From Selaginella moellendorffii (lineage: Eukaryota; Plantae; Lycopodiophyta): a stretch of DNA of 64,000 nucleotides. Below are positions 47,104 through 60,099 of the stretch, piece by piece. Numbering within the stretch: position 1 is the stretch's first letter; every line of letters starts with the position of its first letter. The translations under genes were made by a program, and so were the position numbers. Below the pieces are notes generated by a model that made no database searches, had not been told where the DNA came from, and worked only from the letters and a program-made list of their open reading frames with translations. Location: positions 762,574 to 826,573 of the forward strand of contig NW_003314345.1 in the NCBI RefSeq assembly GCF_000143415.4, written 5' to 3'.

Positions 47104-47991
47104 TTACACTTCAGTGTTCGAAGCCCAGACAGGGATCTGCTCGTCACTTCTATACAAGACCAAGTTCCTATCATCCTGGAGCGCCAGAATCGACGACACG
47201 AGCTTGTAGCCGGAGACAAAGGTGTTGGTCGCCCAAAAGCAGACCTCGTCATTGTCGATCACTAGATTCCCATCCTGCTGGACCAGCAGGAAGCAGCCGC
47301 TTCCCTTGTCACTGGTCGGGGAGGCCCAGATCCTGTCGGCTCCAGCGTAGAGCACGGCCTCGCAGCTTCGCTCCATGGCGAGCCTGTATAGTCCGTTTGG
47401 AGACGAGAGAGCTTGGGTGGCGAGAAGCTTGGAGTATAAGCGCGGCCTTGGGCCGCTCTGGATCATACTGCCGTAAGGAAAGCAGGTGTAGGGGAAGGAA
47501 TCGATGCGCTGCAAGGGGGGAATGCTGCTGCTGCTGCTGCTGCCTGGATCCAGCGATTCCTCGACGGCGTACTCCATGCCGAATCGCCCGTCGATGGCAG
47601 TGATGAAGCTGTAGCCCCAGGCGAAGAGGGAATTGGCGACGGCGTCGTGGAGGTCGCGGAAGGCGCTGATGAGCATGAAGCCGGGCATGGTGTTGTCGGC
47701 GGCGGGCGTGGCGTGGCAGTCGCTGGTGAAGAACCAGAGGCGGAGGAAGACGCGGTGGCCGTCGACGGTGATGGTGTCGGAGAAGGAGCGCGGGGCGTGG
47801 GGCGTGTAGGGGATGTTGCTGACGAGCGTGGCCAGGGCGCTGCTCACCAGGACGCGGGAGTTGCTGGCGATTGCGCGGGGGATGCCGCGATCGAAGATCT
47901 CCGGGTAGCCGGCGCTGCCATCCAGGAGCAGCGCGAGGAGGACGACGAGTACGAGGAGGGATGTGCACGCTGGGATTGGCAGTGCTGCCAT
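47104..47991 (-). CDS. Secreted protein with C-terminal bulb-type (GNA) mannose-binding lectin domain, 295 aa
   Basis: ATG at 47991, hydrophobic signal peptide, LSSPNGLYRLAM, QQDGNLVI, QDDRNLVLY, VWASNT. Confidence 0.85.
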   Translation of the reverse strand: MAALPIPACTSLLVLVVLLALLLDGSAGYPEIFDRGIPRAIASNSRVLVSSALATLVSNIPYTPHAPRSFSDTITVDGHRVFLRLWFFTSDCHATPAADNTMPGFMLISAFRDLHDAVANSLFAWGYSFITAIDGRFGMEYAVEESLDPGSSSSSSIPPLQRIDSFPYTCFPYGSMIQSGPRPRLYSKLLATQALSSPNGLYRLAMERSCEAVLYAGADRIWASPTSDKGSGCFLLVQQDGNLVIDNDEVCFWATNTFVSGYKLVSSILALQDDRNLVLYRSDEQIPVWASNTEV

Positions 47992-48429
47992 GGACAGCAA
48001 ACTTTTGGATTCCTTCCATAGCTTTTTAACTTGGACAGACTGAATTATTTGAGCGGAACATTTTTGCAAAATGAATATTCCTTGGTGTTCTAACTTTTTG
48101 CAATAATTATAGACTTTACTTTATGAAATATATAATTGTTAAATGAAATTTAAAAAAAAAACATGATTTTTATAAAGTATAATAACTTATCATTGCCGGT
48201 GCTTTTAAATAAAGATCCACTCGGCATGCAGAGAAGATGATTTATTTTCTCCTGATGGTAGTTCATGCTTACTCATTAAATTCCTGTATTTGAAAGACAT
48301 GGTTAAGAACTTAGGCGAGGAAAGTACACTTTCCAAACTATGCAATAACCTTGTTTCCTGTTTCAAACGCAAACAAATTGAAGGCCCAGGTAGAAGAAAA
48401 GCTCACTTCAAACAAAATATGGAGGCAAG

Positions 48430-50153
48430 GAAATTTTAACGCCCGCAATCCTGCTCCGTGTTTATCAATTCTATGCATCTTCTTTTCATCTCCTTGTAGG
48501 CTGTGAAACAAAACGTAACGTTTGCAGCTGAAAGTACTTGAAGCTTACTCAATCAGTGTCGACGATTGCTTTGTCATCGCAGTCAAACGCTACAATCGTA
48601 TGCTCTCCGGCTGTTGGAACTTATTTGCGACAAGTTTAGTAACAATGGTGTGAGCAACACGATCAAACTGAAAGGGAAATATGGTTCAAATGACCATAGG
48701 CATTGCTGAGTTCTTTTAGTCACCTCCCTCCAGGCAAAACTTGTCCTTGCTCATTGCTCATTGTCACCCCACGCATAAACGTCACCTTATGATGTTAAGG
48801 CTACAGCATGACGAGCTCCCGCACTTGCCTGGACAATATTGTCATTTTCAAGCGCGCAAACCAGCTTTGAAACAAGGATGTTATCTTGAGTGTCTGACCC
48901 CAGTGACCATGCCCCAACTATAGCAAGCAAACTCGTAAGCTCATCCTAGTTCATGTATGCAAAACAGTAAAACTCACTGAAAAACGCTGGCCATCTGAAT
49001 CAATGGCCATGGTATAGTCCGCACCACAGAGAACCTGAGTGAGCAGGCGATCACTGAGAGCCGTGACGGGCACCGGCTGCAAATGCTTCTCAACGCTTCC
49101 ACAGCCAATCTGCCCATACTTTCCTCGTCCCCAGCTAAAGAGCGGCAAACTTCTCAAACTTGTTGCCTCGATGAAGTTCCTGAGTACAACATACCTGACC
49201 CTCAACTGTCAAAGCGCAGTTGTGATTGTCACCGTAGGCGATTAGCAATGCTGCATATCCATGGCATTCTAGTTTTCTGTCTAGCTAACACAGACAAATA
49301 CCTGGACGATTCCCAAGCCCCAAAGGCTGTCAACAATAACCGGCGCGCCGAAGCTTTCCGTGGCTCCGTGACCGAGAGCACCAAACATGCCTTGTCCGAA
49401 TGAGTAAACGTCCCCGCTGCCTGCACAGAAGTATAAATCTCATCAACCTTGAGCCATTTTACCTGTGAGAGCGAGTGTTCGGCCAGAACCACAAGCAACA
49501 CGGACAAACAGGAGTTCGCGAGATGAAGCGAGGCAGCGGGCTGTTAAAAACGCCAGCCGCATGGAGCTGGCCAAACTCTCCACATCCCCAGGAAACTAGC
49601 GAGCCAGTGTCTGAAACTCAAAGTTTAAGCTAGAAGGAACTCGAGGGAAAAACAAAAGATACCAGTCACAGCGACAGTGTGACCGTGAGAAACAAGTGAA
49701 GTATCTAGCGTTGAACCTCTCACAGGAGAGAATTCACACCCGGAAGATTTCGTTCCAAGCCGTCCGGAATCGTTCGAGCCAGTTGTGTAGAGTTCCCCTT
49801 CGTCTAGAAACAAAGAAACAAAAAAAAAAGGAGGATCGCCCGAATCACTCATTCTCACCTGTTAGAAATGCCGTGTGATAATCACTGGGCGCAATGTGTA
49901 CCACGTCCTTGTGAGCGAGGCTGCTGGTCCAAACGAAAGTGCTGCACTCGATGATCTTAGTGACAGTGGGCGACGCGCCAGAGAACAAAATATTAGGGTT
50001 TATAAGGACATGGACTGGGGGAGTTTTGCGCTTGTCCAAGAAAGGGGTGAATACACAGGTCTCGGAGCATTCCTTAGATTAGATGGTTTACACGGTTGTA
50101 ACGATTGATTGCATTGGGAACTAGGACCAAATGCCTCAACGCAGCCTGCCATG
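48430..50153 (-). pseudogene. RCC1-repeat protein relic
   Basis: GELYTTGSNDSGRLG and LFSWGRGKYGQIG...VLCGADYTMAI. Frames broken, boundaries approximate. Confidence 0.65.
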
Positions 50154-50329
50154 CCGAAGTGAGCGCTAGAAGAACATTGCTCAAGTAAGTTATCCCGTTG
50201 TTCCTCATATATATTGCAGGCGTTCCTACGGGTTTTTTTTGGTAGATGAGGGGCAAGATTCCCGAGTTTTTCAAGAGGGATGATAATGGCAAACTGCGCA
50301 TGCATCTCTACATCAGCCAGTCACCTTGT

Positions 50330-50430
50330 AAGTCTTACTATCTCTTTGATCATCCACTCTCTCTTTGACCATCTGGTTCTTCCACTCTATCTCTTTGATC
50401 ATCCGGTTCTTCCATACTATCTTTGATCAT
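50330..50430 (+). repeat. Short degenerate tandem repeat (CTCTTTGATCATCC core)
   Basis: Four CTCTTTGA(T/C)CATC units. Confidence 0.7.
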
Positions 50431-50451
50431 CCGGTTCTTTCTACTTGATAG

Positions 50452-51227
50452 TGGAGACGCATGCATCTTAGGAGTTGATCCTGGGGCCGGAGAAGACGAT
50501 CACAGTGTTTTTTGCTGCACGACGGTGGCAAAGCTGGTGTCTACACAAGTTCACTCGGAACAAAGCCTGCAGACAATGGCCATGCTTAGGCGAAAGCCTG
50601 GCCGGGGAGATGCCACTTTCTCTAGGAGTTGTAGCGACAAGATCGCAAGATGGAACGTTTTGGGAGTTCACTCCTGGATCAAACACTGTATGTAGGAGCT
50701 CTCTTGTCCTTGTTCCTCAACGAACCAGGATACATCTCGACGGTTACTGTTGCTAGGAGCACGAAAGCATCGTGTGCTCAGTGGCACGGAATCTAGAAGC
50801 TCCTTACAGACTCAACCAGGTAAGACTTTGTGAAATGCTTTTGTAATCCTCGTATGCAGCCAGTGATTTGGCTCGCACCAACACCTCCGGAGGATTACAT
50901 GCTCTATCCAAGTGGATTGCCTGCGGGTTTGGCTTTCACTCCGAGGCAGCATATGTGATGCTATCGTTCCCTGTTAGATATTCGATCAGCTGGGACTCGT
51001 CCGGCCCCACTAGGTTGTGATTAGAACAACGGGAAGGAAGCAAGGCACTGCGGGCAAAGGAGCGTTGTTGCTAGCTACAGAATCAAAGCTCAACAGGTTA
51101 GACAAAGAAGAAGATCACTCCATACTGAAAAACTTTCGTTTTTCTTCCTCAGGAAGTCACTGGGGAGATCATTTAGACACCTGTTGACGCATTTCTTCCC
51201 TGGCTAGCAACTACTTGGAGTGCAAAG
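50452..51227 (+). pseudogene. TAD1: tRNA-specific adenosine deaminase (TAD1/ADAT1) 3' relic
   Basis: [33 protein letters not shown] deaminase motif. N-terminal part absent, stops downstream. Confidence 0.72.
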
Positions 51228-52204
51228 TAAAGCATCTTAGTCTTCTGACTCACAGCTTCTTAACTTTCTCTTTCTTTTTTATTTTCTTGAAAGAGATTCT
51301 TTTAGATGGCTAAGTTGTTTTAGCTTTGTGACAGTTAGATGAGACACAATGCCTCCATCAGCCTTGTAGATAAGTTATTTATCTTCCATCAAGCTGGAAA
51401 AACCTCGTCATCTAAGACTATTGGATCGCTTGAAGCCACCATCACGGGGAACTTGGATCACTGTCACAACCTTGGAATTCTTGAAACTGCCCAGATATTC
51501 TTCTGGCAGCTCACATGGCGGAATAAAATCTTGTCATTGCTCACTCGCCAGCTGGAGTGCCTCCCATGACTTCTTGCCACATTCGTATATCCGCCCGATA
51601 TACAACGATTTGGCCCTGTTGGCTTTGTAGATCCGGTTGGACCCTTGCAATGTCCGCCACTTCCTGGGAATGATCTTGTGTTGAGTCGCTCCTATCACTC
51701 GAGCTCACAACCATCTTGTTGCGATCGACAACGAGGGTCATATGGTCTCCAGTGATGGGAGAGGATCCAATAGATCCTCCACCAGATTGTATACCTTGGT
51801 GTCTGGTTCCTTGCTCTTATGGTTGCCACCCCCGACGTAGAGCTGACCATCCATAGCTCCGGACACAGTCAAGGATACAGCATTGGTGCCATGGCGCTCC
51901 ATCAATTTGCATGTGAGTCAAAGATGCTAACTGATTTCCCAATGCCCCAGGAGAAGTTTAACAGTGATTCCTCTGCACAGGGCTTGGACTTGTCGTCATG
52001 ACGCATAGAATTTAGGAGCAGCCTTGCTGTTTAATATAAAGAGAGTGGTTATCAAATTTGGGCATGCTTCAAAACCCTTCCAAAAAATATTCTCCCACTT
52101 GAGAAAGTGAAGCCATCACTTTCCTTATCTCTTAGCTCAGCAACAGCGATGTCATTATTTTACCTTTTTCCCTCTGGATGAGATCTCTTTCTCTTTTTCT
52201 TTTT

Positions 52205-52660
52205 TCAACCACTAGTTTGTTGGTACAGCATATATAAAATATCCAAAATTGTCCATTTGAAAACCGCAGATCTTTCGTGGTTGCTAGAATATATATTCAC
52301 TCTGAGCCAAAAGCATCCACTTGTTTATAATAGTTCCACTTCAACTCATTTGTTGTCATGCTACTGTTCTTTGCTCTCTTTATATTTTTTTATTTTGTTT
52401 CCAATGGATGAAGATCAGATTAATACACATTTCTTCTTTCTCTTTTTCTTTTTGCACACAGTAACTGAACCACTAGTTTGTTGGTTGGGTCACATTACAG
52501 CATATATAAGATACTCAAAATTATCCATGTACTTTTCGTTAGGAATCTTTCTTGATTGAGTCCCCATAGTTGCTAGAATGTATATTCACTCTAAGCTATC
52601 CACTCATTTATAATAGATCCACTTGAACTCATTTGTTTCTTACTATATTCTACTGTTTTT
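52205..52660 (+). repeat. Diverged direct duplication, period about 260 bp
   Basis: ACCACTAGTTTGTTGG...GTTGCTAGAAT.TATATTCACTCT...AACTCATTTGTT occurs twice (starting about 52209 and 52470). Confidence 0.7.
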
Positions 52661-54638
52661 TACTCTCTGTCACTATCAAACCACGGGATTCAAGCTTAAC
52701 TAGCATTTAGAACACCCAAATTAGATTAGATTAGTTATCATTTTTCTTCTTTTCTTTTATCTTTATGCAAAGTGTTTTTGGCTACAATCTTCATTAGAAC
52801 AATGTCTTGCTCATATGTTTTATTATTCTTGCAAACAATTGTCATAATGTCTTGAGTTTAGGCTTCTTAAGGAATTATTCAACTTAATTCTATTCAAACC
52901 TAAAGAATATATCTAAATTTATTTACAATTTATCACACTTCCTTATAAGTTTAGACCTTCGTGAACAAAAGTTAAAAATTATAACTTTCCCATTTGACAC
53001 CCTATCTCTCAAGTTTGTCAATTTTTTGACAATATTGCTAAAAATGCTAGTGAAGTAAGTCTCTCAAACTATCCATGTTATATAACATTTTTTATTCATT
53101 ACATTTAACTTAATGCCAAAATTATTCTCTATATAATGTCAGTTTATCTTCAAGAGAAGGGAAGACAATAACAGACTACTAATAAAAACAAAAGAAAAAA
53201 ATAAGAATGATTAACTATAAAACATTTAACACTTTTAACTTATTAGTATGAAGTATTTAGAAACTAATATAATCCAACCGCAAACTAATCTAGAAGATGA
53301 GTTAATGTTAATTTTAGATGCCATATGGCAAGTCTTGGATTCAAATCCTATGAGCACACTTATGAGATTTGAATTGCATGGTAGACAATAGTGGCAAAAT
53401 ATACTTTAGTAAATATAGAAGATAGTGACATTCCCCTCTTTAATGATAAGCATCAAGTGGTAACTAAAAAGGTGTTAAACTTGAGTTGAGGGGATATGAC
53501 CAATGGAAATCCACAAGCATGAGTAAGATAAGAATATGATCACTAAGAAAATCTCAAGTTAGTCAATTAAATAATAAAGTTTGTAGTATTAATATTGATG
53601 TCAACCACCTCAAACTTCAGCTTATTAGCAATGATCTTAGGAGGATATGGTGGTGGAATATAAGTAGGATTAAAAAGCTTATGATACAATTTTAATAAAA
53701 AAACATAGAACACTAAATGAAATGGAGGAAGGTTGAGTTGGTAAGAATCTCAAAAGCATGAGAGAGCACAGAAAAAAGGATATAAATATTAATAATTCTG
53801 CTTGTTATACAAACATATGGTTTTTCAATAATAACAAAGAAGCTAAACTTGAAATTCATCTGAGAAAAAGGATTAAATTAATGAAAACAATTTACAATAT
53901 AGCAATTAGTAATTTAGGCATAAAAAAAAGTGATGATGAACTTCCATGTGAAGATAATCTAAGACACAACTATGCAATTTAAAGGTTTTTTTTATCCAGT
54001 CTTACAGCTATCATAATAATTAAATCATTGGTAAAACCAAAAGTTGGAGAAAGTGAATATGAACAATGAAAATAAAGCAAAATAATTTTTAAAAAGCTTG
54101 GGAAATAGATAATAATGTGAAAAGAGCAAGATGAAGAAGATGTTTTGATGGAGGAACTCTTTAGAGCTGATCAAAAGGAAGGTCATGTTATAAAAAGATC
54201 CAATAAGAAGTGTAAAAAGGACAATGCCAAATTTTTTTATGATAATGTCATTTGACAAAGAGTGATAAAGAATATAATTTGCATCCATTGCATTGTTGGT
54301 GCAACATGAGAAAAAACATGTTTATATATTGTCCATAGGTGTGTGGTTCTTTCATTTTCTTTGAATCTGAAATAAAGTGTATATCATGAGGTGGGATGCA
54401 CAGAAGTCTTACGAAAGTTTCCATGGCCAGCCAGTTGGTTTGTTCTTACTAAAGTAGAGAGATATGTTATAAAAGTTGCTTGGTTTTTTAAATTACAACC
54501 AGTTCCAAGAAAATTCTCCCTGGAACTTATGTCTGATATAGCGTAGTACATAGGGCTACATGGATTCTTTCTCATATTTATTTATTACATGTTTTAAATC
54601 TTTTATGTTTCTCGTAGAAACACACAGAGGATAAATGA

Positions 54639-56318
54639 CTAGCTAGAACTATTATTACGGTTTATAGCAATAGCTCTCTCTCCTTCGAACAATCTCTTGT
54701 GGACTCTAGCAAACACAGATGGCTGCGGACCGCAACTGTTGTCAGTTGTCTTGAAGTTGTCAAAATCCAAGCCGACTTTAGCAGCAGCAAGCCGCAGCTC
54801 GGGGAAAATGGACTTGGGGAGGCTTGAACTCCGTGTGTAGACGACAGCTCCACCATATCCGTCCCATGCATCGTTGGACCCATTGTAGTACACGAACATG
54901 TAGTCGTCAGGTTGCTTGTTGAGCCGGGCGGAAACGATGAACCTACGGAAGAGCCACCAATCAATCCGTCAATTGCTCATTCAGAATCCGCAGCTATGCT
55001 GTCAATCGCGCACCGGACCTATGCACACGGAAGCTTTGGAAGATTGCGAAACACTCACCAATCGTCTTTGTAATTGAGGTACTCGTTATCATGATTGGAG
55101 AGGACACCCGGGCGTTTGGGATTACTCTGCACGAAATTTTGTATTGCGTTGCGTGTGATGAAGCCGCCGTCGGGGGTGGTCACCCTCCACGTCAGTTTTC
55201 CGGTGAGCTTGTGGGGACTGGCCGAGAACTCATGAACTTGGCAATCGTAGAGATCGAACAGGGGGTTGAGACCGCTGGTAATATACCATGTGCCTGTGAA
55301 GTCTTGCGTGTTGAACTTTTCCACCAGAGCGCAGTCTGGAGGTACCGGGTAGGAGCCGTCGTTGGCACTTTGAGGGATGCACTTTTTTTTGCTCAGGAGG
55401 CATGTGTTGAATTCCTCTACGACCTTGTTCTGGAAAATGTCTCCGCATCTGACCTATATTCCGGTACAAAACGAGAGAACAGAAACATAGTGAGAAACTT
55501 GATCCGAGGAAACCTGTATAAAATCAAATAATACTTGGCAATTCAAGTCCCCTGGACTGCAAGTTTCCAGACAAACTAAATTGGCAGCGCATGAAGGATC
55601 TCCCACGCATCGAACCAGCTCGGATCTGAAGAACATGCACAACTATGAGATCAGGTGGATTCAAAATAAACAATGAAACCCAACAAATGAGAAGTGGAAC
55701 ACAACAGCACCTGCATCCACTCAGAAGACATTTCCATGTTTTTTGAGCAGTCTCGATGTCCAGAGCTCCAGCACGGTTTGCTGGGTGCAAGAGCAAACAT
55801 GCCCCCAGGAGCAAGCCCCATGCATTGACTTTGAATCCCGGTCCGGTACTTGTCGTTGTTACATTCTTCACACTTCGGACAAGCGGGGGCGGAGCCGTGG
55901 TACTGGCAATCATCTGCTCGTTCTTCTTCCCGCATAGCAGGTTACTACTCTTCACATTCGGCCCAATACTTGTTGTTGCTACTCTTCGAACAAGCCAGTG
56001 CGGAGGCGTTGTAGTGGCAAACATCTGCTCCTTCTTCTCCCCCTTCCAGCCGCAGCTACTCAAGTTGTAAGCGACCGCCTTGCAGTGATACATTTCAGGA
56101 AGCCTCCGCACAGGACCGACCTGAGATGGACGTGCGCGGGGTGCTCTTCCTTCCTCCTTCCACAGGGGTACAAAGTCCGTGTACGCAGCTGGTTTGGTCC
56201 GAGCTGCGTACAAGCCTTGCTGTGTACGTTTCTCGGACAAAGTCTTTTTCTCGATATGACATTTGGGTCCTGTGGGCCATTTTAAAAGCCTGGGACATTC
56301 CACCCGCCAAGATTCCAT
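54639..56318 (-). CDS. VDE: Violaxanthin de-epoxidase (divergent, C-terminally short). Exons 56318-55711, 55625-55535, 55453-55059, 54942-54639; start codon uncertain
   Basis: Cys-rich domain ([29 protein letters not shown]). Lipocalin motifs FTGTWYITSGLNP, TPDGGF, NHDNEYL..DDW, YYNGSNDAWDGYGGAVVYTR, TDNSCGP. Confidence 0.9.
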
Positions 56319-56457
56319 GTGATTCAAAAAACGCACGTTTTCTAAAGGTACGATAGTTTGAAGACCTGGTGTCAGCTTTATAGGGCCGATTTGCAGTCGC
56401 TTTTTTTAATAAATAATAGTAGTAAAAAATCTTTTTCGTGGTGCTACAATCAATCTA

Positions 56458-57576
56458 TTATTTTTTAAGCTGACGACTTGACACCAGCTTCTCCAGCTCC
56501 ACTTCTCCACCCACCGCTTCCAGTTCCTATCAGGGCAACGAATCCGTCAAAAATTTCGTTTCCATCTCTCACTCACCTTTAGCCCCAGGAACAAACCGTA
56601 CGGAACGCCATCAAACAGATTGGCATGGTGAATCTGAGGTTTGATGCTGAATCTAGAGCTGAATGATTTATGGACAAACCTGGTGAGCAGCTGCTACCTT
56701 CTGGAAGTATGGCACATCGGCCAGTGGGCCAACTGGAAACCTTTGGTGCACCAGGCCGTCGTGAACAAACATGTAGGCCATCCCGAAGATGGTGATGCCC
56801 AGGCCCTGGAATGCAATATTTTCAAAGCTACAAGAAATACTTCTATTACTTACTGCTCCAAAGCACAGACCAGGAAGGAGTCCTTCGTGGGAGAATCCGT
56901 AAGACATGAGAGCTATAGCAGGGACTGCGTTCACAATGGCAAAAACGTCGTTGAGCTCGAATGGACCTTGGCGAGGAACATGATGAGACTGTTGTAGAGA
57001 GACTTGTGGCAATTAACTGTCGGAAAATTTGTGTGTGCGTTACCTTGTGCATGCTCCACAAGCAAGAGTGCCATAGCGCTTTGTGTGCCCATCTAGCCCA
57101 AAACTCCATGCCCACCTGAGATTCGAGAAACAGAATAAAATCAATCTTGAACAGCAGCTTTGAACATACTCACAGCTGCGCCTAATGCCAAAGACACGGT
57201 ACCAAGGATTTCCAGAGCAGGCAATTCACTGCTGCCTTTCTGAACATAGTTAAAGATTTCTCTTTTGTGATCAAGCCTATGTGTGTCAAAGTTCACATAC
57301 CTCCTGCATTTGCCACACGAATCTGTAACACGCAGCTCCAATGCTGAGACCGCCGATCAATGTGCTTGAGGCAACAGCAGCGAACAAATATGTTGTGCGC
57401 GCTGCTTTCTTCTTCTTTGTTGCATCTTGCTTCTTGCAAGTACGAGATTGCCCATCCTCCGACATTGACGCACCCAATACAATCGCTTTCAACTTCGGCC
57501 TTCTCAGAGATTTGCGCAATGGCGGCAAAGAAAGGAGCCCGCGAAGATTGAACGACGAACAAGGCACTAGCGCCAT
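56458..57576 (-). CDS. BCH: Beta-carotene 3-hydroxylase (non-heme di-iron), 7 exons, 266 aa
   Basis: Exons 57576-57301, 57239-57174, 57115-57044, 56988-56854, 56805-56680, 56633-56577, 56526-56458. Motifs MEFWARWAHKALWH, HKSHH, FELNDVFA, HDGLVHQRF, HQIHH. Confidence 0.95.
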
Positions 57577-60099
57577 CGAAGCTGCCAATTCAGATAAACC
57601 TAGCGTTCCGTACAAGACTAGAGAACAGTATCCTGGACTCAACACGTGAGTTGCGAATCTCAGGAACTGTAGCAGCAATTTGAAAAAAAAAAGAAGAATG
57701 AGAATTTATCTCTGAGTTACAGATGTGTACATGTTCCAATATAGACAAATGCAAATTGAACAAGCAGAAAGCAAGAAGAGGTTGGACTCCACATGGCCAA
57801 AGAAGTCCAGCAGCAGATTGTGTGGAGCAAGGAGCTTCTTAACAACTCACAATACACTTGCATTTTTGCATTCATCAATTTCATGGTTCAAAATAGCACA
57901 ATAGAAAAATTGCTGGAGCTTGATGCCGTAAGCTTTGTGACCTCATGAAATGACAATTAGTGGAGCTTGGAAGCGTGCATTTCATCGCATTTGCATGGTA
58001 GTGTGGGTGAAATTCACGCTCGTCCAATCCTTCCACCATCTCCCATCACCATTGCTCCATCGCTCCATCACTTTTTTAGCTGTGGTTTGTAGTTGCGCTG
58101 GTTGAGGGGTGGTCTAAACTCTCTGCAGCTTGGCAATGTTGTCCACCGCCACCTGGAACAGCTATATCGATCTCCCAGGTGCTCGTGGGAGAATTATCGA
58201 TAGCCTTGTGATGAGCTCCTGAGGTGGAGTGACATAGCTGTCCAATGGCGGTGTCGTGTAGTTTAAGCTGGCTGTGCTAGTGGCGCTGGTTGTGGTAGTG
58301 CAGTAGCACTGGAGATCGATATATCGATACTCATGCTCTTTCTTTTTCAGACTGTCAGGATACTTCCAGATTAAAATGAGAATCCAGGACTGATTGGATG
58401 ACGCGCTTGTATGAATCTCCCCTCCAACTTTTTCTGGAGCACTTCGAAAGGTGGTGGTGTTGTATTCTCATTGAATTGTGCCAGCCAATGTAAAGTGCCA
58501 TTAGTTACACTAGAGAAGAAGCAGCCTGGCAATAATACTTCGTCTCTGCCATGGCCACCGATTCTTCCGGCTAGTGGTTCCACTGCCAGACACTCCAGCA
58601 CTCGTTCACCTCTCCAGAAAACTAGCCACAGAAGAATTCTCCATCATGACCATCAACATCGAGAGCATCCATAGGAGGAAGTGCCCCACATCCAGCTGAA
58701 GTCCATTCCATTCTCTTCGTCCATTCTGAATAGGCTCGACACTCAAGCCTTAAGAACTGTAGATCAAGTTTCTAGTTCTCTTAGTCATGCAAAGAGAGCT
58801 GTTGGGAGCTTTGCCACTGGTGAGAGCGAGATATTCCTTGAATATCCCAAGATCCTTGTCTAAAAACTCGCAGAGAATATAAGGCAAACATCATACCCCC
58901 AACAAATGGTGAACACGACCTAACACATGCTTTTTGATTGGAGATTGTTGTTCCACTATGGGCTTTGAGCGCTCTTTCCTCACTCATCTCTGAGTGGAAT
59001 TCCTTTGTTTTGCTTCGGAAAGTTTATGGTCTCCTCTTTCCAACAAGGTATGGTGCTAGCTTAGTTGTGGAGTGATCTTAGAGATATTTATATTTTTCTG
59101 TTGTGGTGCACATTTATTATGTCCTTGGAGCATGCTTTTTAGCTGGAGAATTCCTCAGTTTTTGAGCGGAGATCTAAGCCAACAGGAATCACCTTTCATC
59201 ACAATTGAGCCATGGGTTGCCACAAGCAACTAATTTCCTTTTGTACACACTTGGAGCTTCACTCACTTGGATCTTGGGATATGGTGCATGGTTTATGGTA
59301 ATATTTGGTTTGCTAGGAGCGTTTTGAGGACATCTATCACCACACTGAATACTGCTTCCATCCATGTTCAATCTTGTGAGTTTTAAAGATTTCTATTTTA
59401 GTTTTTACTTTGAGATGAGAGGCATTTTATTGTGGTTTGTCACGGTTTCTTAAATTTTTTGTGTGAATTTTTATGTTTAAGGTTTGGTCTTATAGTTTAT
59501 ACATTTCTTTTTTATTATTTTTTTATGTTTCTTTCTTGTTTTATATTTATTGAAGGAATTTGGTTTATATGAGAACATTTTTTTTTCATTTTTTTTTGTC
59601 ATTTTCTGGTGAGTATGAGCATGTTTGAGTCCTTGAGTGGTTCTGAGTGATTTGTATTTCTTTTTCTGGATCCTGACTTTTACCCTGAAGCGGCATTTAC
59701 AGGACACACAACTTGATGCCCATTCAAACTCTGGCTTAGAGCTCTACTCAGCTAGAGTGTTTTCTCCATAACATATTATTTTTAAGAAGTATTCACAACT
59801 CACAAAGGAACTTGAATTTCCTCTTGGCCCAGATATTGGTGAGGCTTCCTCCCTTGTGACACATCCCATTGACAGGCATTTATTGCTATTTGACAAACTT
59901 TTCAAGATGGAGCCTCTCGCTATCCATATCCTCTAGCGCTCCATGGAGATGCCATGGTTCACTTGTAGACAAGGTGTTGATGCTGAAGAACATGTTCAGC
60001 ACTTTGCTATGTATATTGCACATAATCATATCAATGATGAGGATCTTGTTCACGAGCATTTATTACTTTCTCTTTGTGGGTGAGTGAGTGGGCAACTTC

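Noticed and set aside
52700-54600. AT-rich tract, possibly a decayed DNA transposon
   Set aside because: No TIR, TSD or transposase motif could be identified.
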